Origin: Eukaryota sp. GEM-RC1
Lineage: Eukaryota
Assembly (NCBI GenBank): GCA_040285855.1
Contig: JAUFOQ010000016.1
Span: 1,922,001 to 1,986,000, forward strand
DNA: 64,000 nt
Direction: 5' to 3'
Part shown: positions 58,601-64,000 of the stretch, in pieces
Numbering within the stretch: the stretch's first letter is position 1
Layout of the letters: the number at the start of each line of letters is the position of its first letter
The notes under the pieces: generated by a model
Database searches by the model: none
Told to the model about the DNA's origin: nothing
Seen by the model: the letters and a program-made list of their open reading frames with translations, nothing else
Program-made: the position numbers and the translations under genes

Positions 58601-59312
58601 GATTGGTAAGGAAAGCTTCAGCAGCTTCCTTCTTAGTTTCAAGCTTCTTCAGTTCTTCTTCTGACTGCCGTAGACGCTTAGTAGCCATTTCAAAGACTTC
58701 TTCGTGTTGTCGAACGTCTTCCGTTGCGGTTTCAATGTCTTGAATAAAATCAGAGGTACCAATGATATCTTCTAAATATTCCAACAAACCATCGTGAGAC
58801 TTGTCACTCTTAGGTTTCATTTGAGAAATAGACTCTACTTCTCCCTGGAGGATAAGGAATCGGTTATGTTCGAGATCGAGACCTTTAGAAGAGAGCAGTT
58901 CTTGAACAGCAGTAAAGGAGGAAGGAGAACCATTGATGTGGTAGGACGAGGATCCCTTCTTTTGAACAGTACGTGAGATTGCTATCTGAGTGTGTGGGAG
59001 GATAGAATAGCCACCGTCTTCAGTGTCAAGGATTTCCTCGAAGTGGACAGTAACACGAGCACAAGTAGCGTCAGGACGGTTTGCAGAGTTGTGGATGAGC
59101 TGACTAAGGTTTTTCAGACGAAGTTTTGCGGCACGATAGCCAAAGACAAAAAGTAGTGCATCGATAACATTCGATTTGCCTGATCCATTAGGACCCACAA
59201 TGGCAGAAAAGGATTTGTGAAAAGGTCCAATGGTTTGCTTACCTGCATAGGACTTGAAGTCTTCAAGAACCATTTCAGAGACAACCAGACGTCCCTGAGA
59301 AGAGTTCGTCAT
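55611..59312 (-). CDS. SMC4: Condensin subunit SMC4; three probable single-A deletions
   Basis: GPFHKSFSAIVGPNGSGKSNVID, HNRFLILQGEVESI, GGDAELELVDSLDPFSEGI, LSGGEKTLSSL, FIVISLRNNMFE. Confidence 0.97.
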
Positions 59313-59640
59313 TTAGAAACAATTGATGAGTAGAATAGTATTGAGTCAAGATGTTGCGAAAATCTGGATTTTTTATATTCTTTATATAGCGTACACGATG
59401 AATATTGCTATACTATTGTGCAGATTTGGACTGTACATGTACAGAACACGTATAATGTCCGTTGGGATGAACTTCAATTTTGATTGTGTTACAGTTTGGA
59501 AGGCAGCATTGCCACTGGTGCCTAGAGTCTTCACAGCACACTCAAATCATTTACAATGAGGTTTCCGTAGAATGAAAGACCAGTTATCTGACCGATATCA
59601 AAAGGTTGCTAAATAGAGATACTCATTTTCAATCACCAAC

Positions 59641-61398
59641 ATGACGACTTTTGGGCTATGCCCCACTCTTACCTTCTACAACCACTGTTCTGAGATTGAC
59701 AAGACATGTCGCTGTAACCACTCTGAGTTTGAAATGGACCTCACTCAACATACTTCCCCTAACAGCAAGGATATTCTATATTGTCACTTTTGCCGTGATA
59801 TTCTGCGCTTGTATAGTAGACATATTGAACTTGTGTTTTCTTCTCGAAATGTTCTAAAGAATGTATGACAAATCAACTTGGCGTTGATATGTCAGACACA
59901 GACTTTAGCTATTGTATAACGAGGTTGTACAATCAATCTGTGTTTCTTAGTCGTTCCATCACTTCCTTTTCAATTGATTGGGCTCAGTTGGTGACTCATC
60001 TTGTTCAGTTTGAACGAAATTCTCTTCACTCTCTCTGTCTCCAAGAGTTCAATCAATTGCCTCTACTGCTCTCGGATGTTCCACATGCATCATTCTGCAG
60101 ATTTGAAGAAGTCAATTCTTTTCATTTCATAGAAGATGCGTCACTGCCATATGTCCGTAATTTTGAGGTCTGTTTAGTTGTGAATCTTCAAGAAAGACAT
60201 AATGCTCTTTATGCTCACGTCATCGCTGGTAATAAGCGTCCATCATACATTTCTCTTCGAGATACCAAGTCAAACAATCTAATTGGTTTACTACCTTTAG
60301 ATTGTGGCCCTAGTGAAAAGTCTTGGAGACCTTATCCATCGTTTCAGTTGCTTACCAACACTGTTCTTAAGCCCTTTCAGTGTATTACTATTGAAGCCCT
60401 CAACGAAGAACTTTTTTGTCTTAATGGATTAACCGCTACGGTTACCCTATCTAACTACTCGAAATCTCGACGTGCTACCTTTGTCAATGTCTCTGCATCT
60501 CCTTTCCCCTGTTCGTTTACTTCAATGCTATCCCTACCTCCCAAGAATCGTCCTGTTATTCAACATGCAAAGTATGCTGCAACAGTTGAAATATCTGCAT
60601 CAAATGTTTCGTCGTGTTGGCTTGTGTTAGAACCCCTTTCTAGTGATTCGGAAATTCTGGTTGCGCCTCTGAGATTGACAACTGCTCCTCGCTTTGATGG
60701 GTCGGCTTCCTGGACATTGTACCTGTTGAAGACTATTCACGACTTCTCGTCAGAAATAGTTGAGTGGCCGTACTTCCATACTAAGTCTCTCTCTACTGTG
60801 TCTTCGTCCTCATTTGTTCTGTCGTTATCCCCTTCCCAAGTATCAAGTGTTGACCTCTCTAAATACACCCCTAAAATCATTGGTCTCATACATGATGATG
60901 TTCTCGTTATGCCTTGTGCAAAGGACACCTTTGAAGAAGTTTCCCTGCCTTTAGTCCTCCCACCATCCCCCCCTTGTAAATCTGTCCTCCCCTCCTTCTT
61001 ATTCATATGGACGTAATCTGTACGACCTTCAGCTGCCCTCTATTCCCCCACCTCCTGATTTCTCTATTACTGCTGTTCCTAAGCCTAAGACTGCCATAGT
61101 CACCTCCCTGCCTGATCGTACTTCTGATTCAGAGAGTGATCAAGAGTTTGATGCTATTCTGCAGTCTGCGTCTAAACGGTTCATGTATTCCCCGTGTTCT
61201 ACAGTTTCTCCTTTATGTGATGCTGCTGTTTTGAATGACTTTCGACCTTCTGTATCTCAGTTTAGAAGGAAAAGTGTTGATGAAGATAGTGGGCCTCCTG
61301 TGAGGTCTAGGTCCGAGTCTAACACGTCTAACACGGGGTTTGGTATCGGGGTTGATGTGTTGGGAGCTTTCCTTAAAGTGAAGAATAGAATTGTTTAG
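59641..61398 (+). CDS. Hypothetical protein (three ORF pieces joined by two probable indels)
   Basis: One missing A at about 59857 and one extra C at about 60990 give a continuous frame of about 585 aa; Cys/His-rich N-terminus. Confidence 0.6.
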
Positions 61399-62260
61399 TG
61401 TTATATAAATGTTATTTAATCTAATAATAGTACCACCTTCAACTTTGTATATTTTTATTCAAGATGTGAGTTACTGTTTACTAACTTGTTTACTTCAGTT
61501 GAGGCTATGACACATCAGCAGTTCCCGACTCGTCTACATGTCACTAATTTGATGTTCAATATAATAATCCAGAAGTGAATTTAGTTTTCGATTAGAAGTT
61601 CTAATTTAGAACTAGAAGTTGATTGAAAAATGAATTACATGTCGAGACGATACTTGTGTTCCATCACTTTTAATATATTTTTGGATAGATGCTGTTTTCA
61701 TCATTTGAAAAATTGTGTGAACATTATGGATACCGTTGTACGAACATTTCTTATGAAAGTTTTCCAAGTGAAATGTTGTCAATATTACATTATAAAGCAA
61801 TATTTATGTAATTTGAATAGCTTCTAAAATCTGATATGAACATTAAACATATTTTGTCAAGGTCTTGGTGCATACTTAGTCAATGTTATTCTGTATATTT
61901 TTGGAGAGAAGTAATCTTTATGGAACAAAAACAGTAACATAAAGAAAACAACTAGAACTCAATATCATTAAAGCATCATTCATTGCCATTGATCACATCA
62001 GGTTTTTCTTCATAAAAAATACTGAGAGCTGGTAGAGCTTTTGAAATCATGACAGGAATTGTTTTAAATATTGTAAAGACATTACAACTTAAAATCAAAT
62101 TTCTTGTAATTCTTTATTGTGTGATATAATTGTAAGTAAAAGGATTGTTTTTCTAGTACAGATGTGTAATGGCTCGACTCGATTCTTGAGTCCCCTGTCC
62201 ATGAGACGAGACTCAAATCCTCCATTCTTTATGTTTTGAATTTTCGTTTTTACTAAAAAC

Positions 62261-63289
62261 ATGACTGACCGTTTTGTAGAACTTGCTAAGCTCTATAAAC
62301 GAGTCAAGTCCGAACGAGATGCTCTTCTCCAGTCGTTTCAGTATTGTCCAGTTGGACCAAGCCCTCCTTCCCTAAACTCTGTTCGTTCAACTCTTTCTTC
62401 TCTTTCTTCCTACTATGAACTTCATCAAATGCAGAATTATGACCGTAAAGATCCGTGTTTCCATTCTGATTGTCCTTTCAAATTCAAAGTCAACACTCTA
62501 TCAAATGATCTTGCAGCTAACCAAGATCAACTCAACACCCTTAAACAACTTCTTTCTCGTGCTCGTTCACGACTGAAGGAGCTCGATTATTCATCACTAA
62601 AATCTAGTATTTTTGATCAACTGCCAAAGCTTTCTTCCTTCAGCGAGTGTTTCCTTGTTCAAAACCTTTTGTTTGTTCCACATACTGTATATAAAACCCT
62701 AGTACCACAATCCGAATACTCTCAAGAATTCTTGATTCTACCACTTTCAGAGCTGTCATCTTCTGACCATCAACTTGTTACTTCTTCTTTCAAAGAGCTG
62801 ACCCATCCATCCACTCTCAACAAACTTCTACATGAAAAGAATCAACTTTCAGAGATGCTTGATCTGAGCCAGTCTCAACTAAACGACTATAAGCTGAGCC
62901 AACAATCTCTCTTGTCCAAGCTGTCAGATAGTCTTGTTCCTTCTACTACTGCTGACGTGGAATCTCAGTATGTACAGACAGAACCTGATATAATGTATGA
63001 TGATCAATCACGGCATTTAATTAATTTAACAAATGAAAACAGTGAGTTAAAGAAACGATTATCTTTTGCTGAGTTACAGTTGTCGATGCAGTCCAAACCT
63101 AAATCCACGTCATCACAGTCGTCGAGCCATTTCTCTTTAGACCCTATTCAATTGAATTATCTACAGTCTGTGTTGATTTCCTTTTGTACAGCTAGTGGAA
63201 ATGTTAAGAAAGATTTAGTTCATGTGATTTCAGATTTGCTTAAGTTTAACAAAGAACAGGAGCAACGACTTTTGAGTTTCTATTCATGA
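62261..63289 (+). CDS. GRIP-domain coiled-coil (golgin-like) protein
   Basis: Coiled coils; C-terminal LNYLQSVLISF...LVHVISDLLKFNKEQ GRIP pattern. Confidence 0.75.
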   Translation: MTDRFVELAKLYKRVKSERDALLQSFQYCPVGPSPPSLNSVRSTLSSLSSYYELHQMQNYDRKDPCFHSDCPFKFKVNTLSNDLAANQDQLNTLKQLLSRARSRLKELDYSSLKSSIFDQLPKLSSFSECFLVQNLLFVPHTVYKTLVPQSEYSQEFLILPLSELSSSDHQLVTSSFKELTHPSTLNKLLHEKNQLSEMLDLSQSQLNDYKLSQQSLLSKLSDSLVPSTTADVESQYVQTEPDIMYDDQSRHLINLTNENSELKKRLSFAELQLSMQSKPKSTSSQSSSHFSLDPIQLNYLQSVLISFCTASGNVKKDLVHVISDLLKFNKEQEQRLLSFYS

Positions 63290-63622
63290 CAGTTATTGGT
63301 TTGTGGTTTGGTTGGGTTCACAAAGAATTCTTGAGACAAGAATGTTTATTTGTCTTGTCAAGTTATATACAAAGACAATGTTGTAGATTTTAATCCATCA
63401 ACGATTCTAATCAAAATAATTCAGAATAAAATAGTGACTGTTCCATTCATATACTAAATTAAAGGTGCTTAACAAAACTTGATTTACAAATGATATTACA
63501 ACAAAAATACCAACGACATTGTGATCTAATTGCTATTGATCGGTTAAAATCACTAGCTAGATTTGAGAACTTCAAATTATAGATGATTAGTGAGTGGTGG
63601 TCTATGTACAGAGTTGACCAAT

Positions 63623-64000
63623 TCAAGTAAACCCAAGAGGAGAACCAGAGATAGAATATTGGTTTCTCTTTAGCATTGTCCGATTAACCTCAAGGACTGG
63701 AGAGGAGAATTGCTCAGTTTCTTTTTCACTTTCAGTCTCGCTATCACGTTGGTCAAGTAGAGACTGAGAAACAGGGAGCTCGGTAGAACTTACCAGTGGA
63801 ACAGATTCCACTGTGAGCAAGACTTTAGCTATTGATTGAGAGGATGAATTAAGAAGAGTTACTGTACCAGAGAAGGAATGTTGTACTGTCTGAACCAAAG
63901 AAATAGAGTGGGAAGCAATGATGTCATCTTTGTTTTTGGATAGGGGTTGTTTCTTTCGAGGAATTGAAAGACGGAGATGGAGGTAATCACCTGGTGGATA
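63623..64000 (-). CDS. C-terminal part of a hypothetical protein, possibly C2-like (starts beyond the window)
   Basis: Frame open from 64000 to the stop at 63623; KDDIIASHSISL...AKVLLTV. Confidence 0.55.
   Translation of the reverse strand, partial: YPPGDYLHLRLSIPRKKQPLSKNKDDIIASHSISLVQTVQHSFSGTVTLLNSSSQSIAKVLLTVESVPLVSSTELPVSQSLLDQRDSETESEKETEQFSSPVLEVNRTMLKRNQYSISGSPLGFT

Noticed and set aside
59863..59895. Apparent GTATGA...CAG intron
   Set aside because: 33-nt removal keeps the frame that stops at once, and it has no -9 T; a single-A deletion joins the ORFs
2810..61000. About 18 frameshifts in conserved genes as programmed ribosomal frameshifting or RNA editing (many at AAAAG, others with an extra G, T or C)
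   Set aside because: All fall in homopolymers, go in both directions, and the same AAA-AGA codon pairs are read in frame in intact genes (XPO1, arsM). Long-read consensus error is far simpler; short-read polishing would settle it.
1..64000. CRISPR arrays, tRNA, rRNA, spliceosomal snRNAs, Fanzor/TnpB
   Set aside because: No repeat-spacer array, T-loop cloverleaf, rRNA block, U-snRNA hallmark or RuvC/zinc-finger ORF recognised by eye; a covariance-model scan could still find divergent RNAs

Overview
Compact, AT-rich (about 37% GC by eye) eukaryotic genomic DNA from an intron-poor, probably anaerobic protist. A metamonad is inferred from the intron signals, a beta-alpha fused transhydrogenase, a malic enzyme without presequence and very short divergent intergenic gaps; this is not proven. 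About 30 protein genes are present, including SPC25, TBC1D13-like, bacterial-type ArsM, LIG1, zeta-COP, an Smr protein, NNT (truncated), Zn-PLC-like, malic enzyme, TIPIN, ALDH3, ELF1, OS-9, SEC24, XPO1, HIT4-like, MORN5-like, GOT1, SBDS, MRT4, SLC35B1, SMC4, a second divergent SMC and a GRIP golgin. About 18 single-base frameshifts all sit in homopolymers and are best read as long-read assembly errors. Most notable: (1) five 28-36 nt GT-AG introns that all end in YTNAYYNYAG, i.e. a degenerate branch point with its A exactly 7 nt from the 3' end; (2) a full-length, highly divergent SMC1/4-class gene with intact ATPase motifs and an altered hinge, in tandem with canonical SMC4; (3) 5'-truncated RLE-type (CRE-like) non-LTR retrotransposons ending in oligo(T) rather than poly(A), including a nested insertion with a verifiable 12-bp TSD; (4) many DNA transposons (hAT, P-like, Tc1/pogo, 57-80 bp MITEs) plus abundant TACWGTA footprint-like motifs; (5) several candidate structured ncRNAs.
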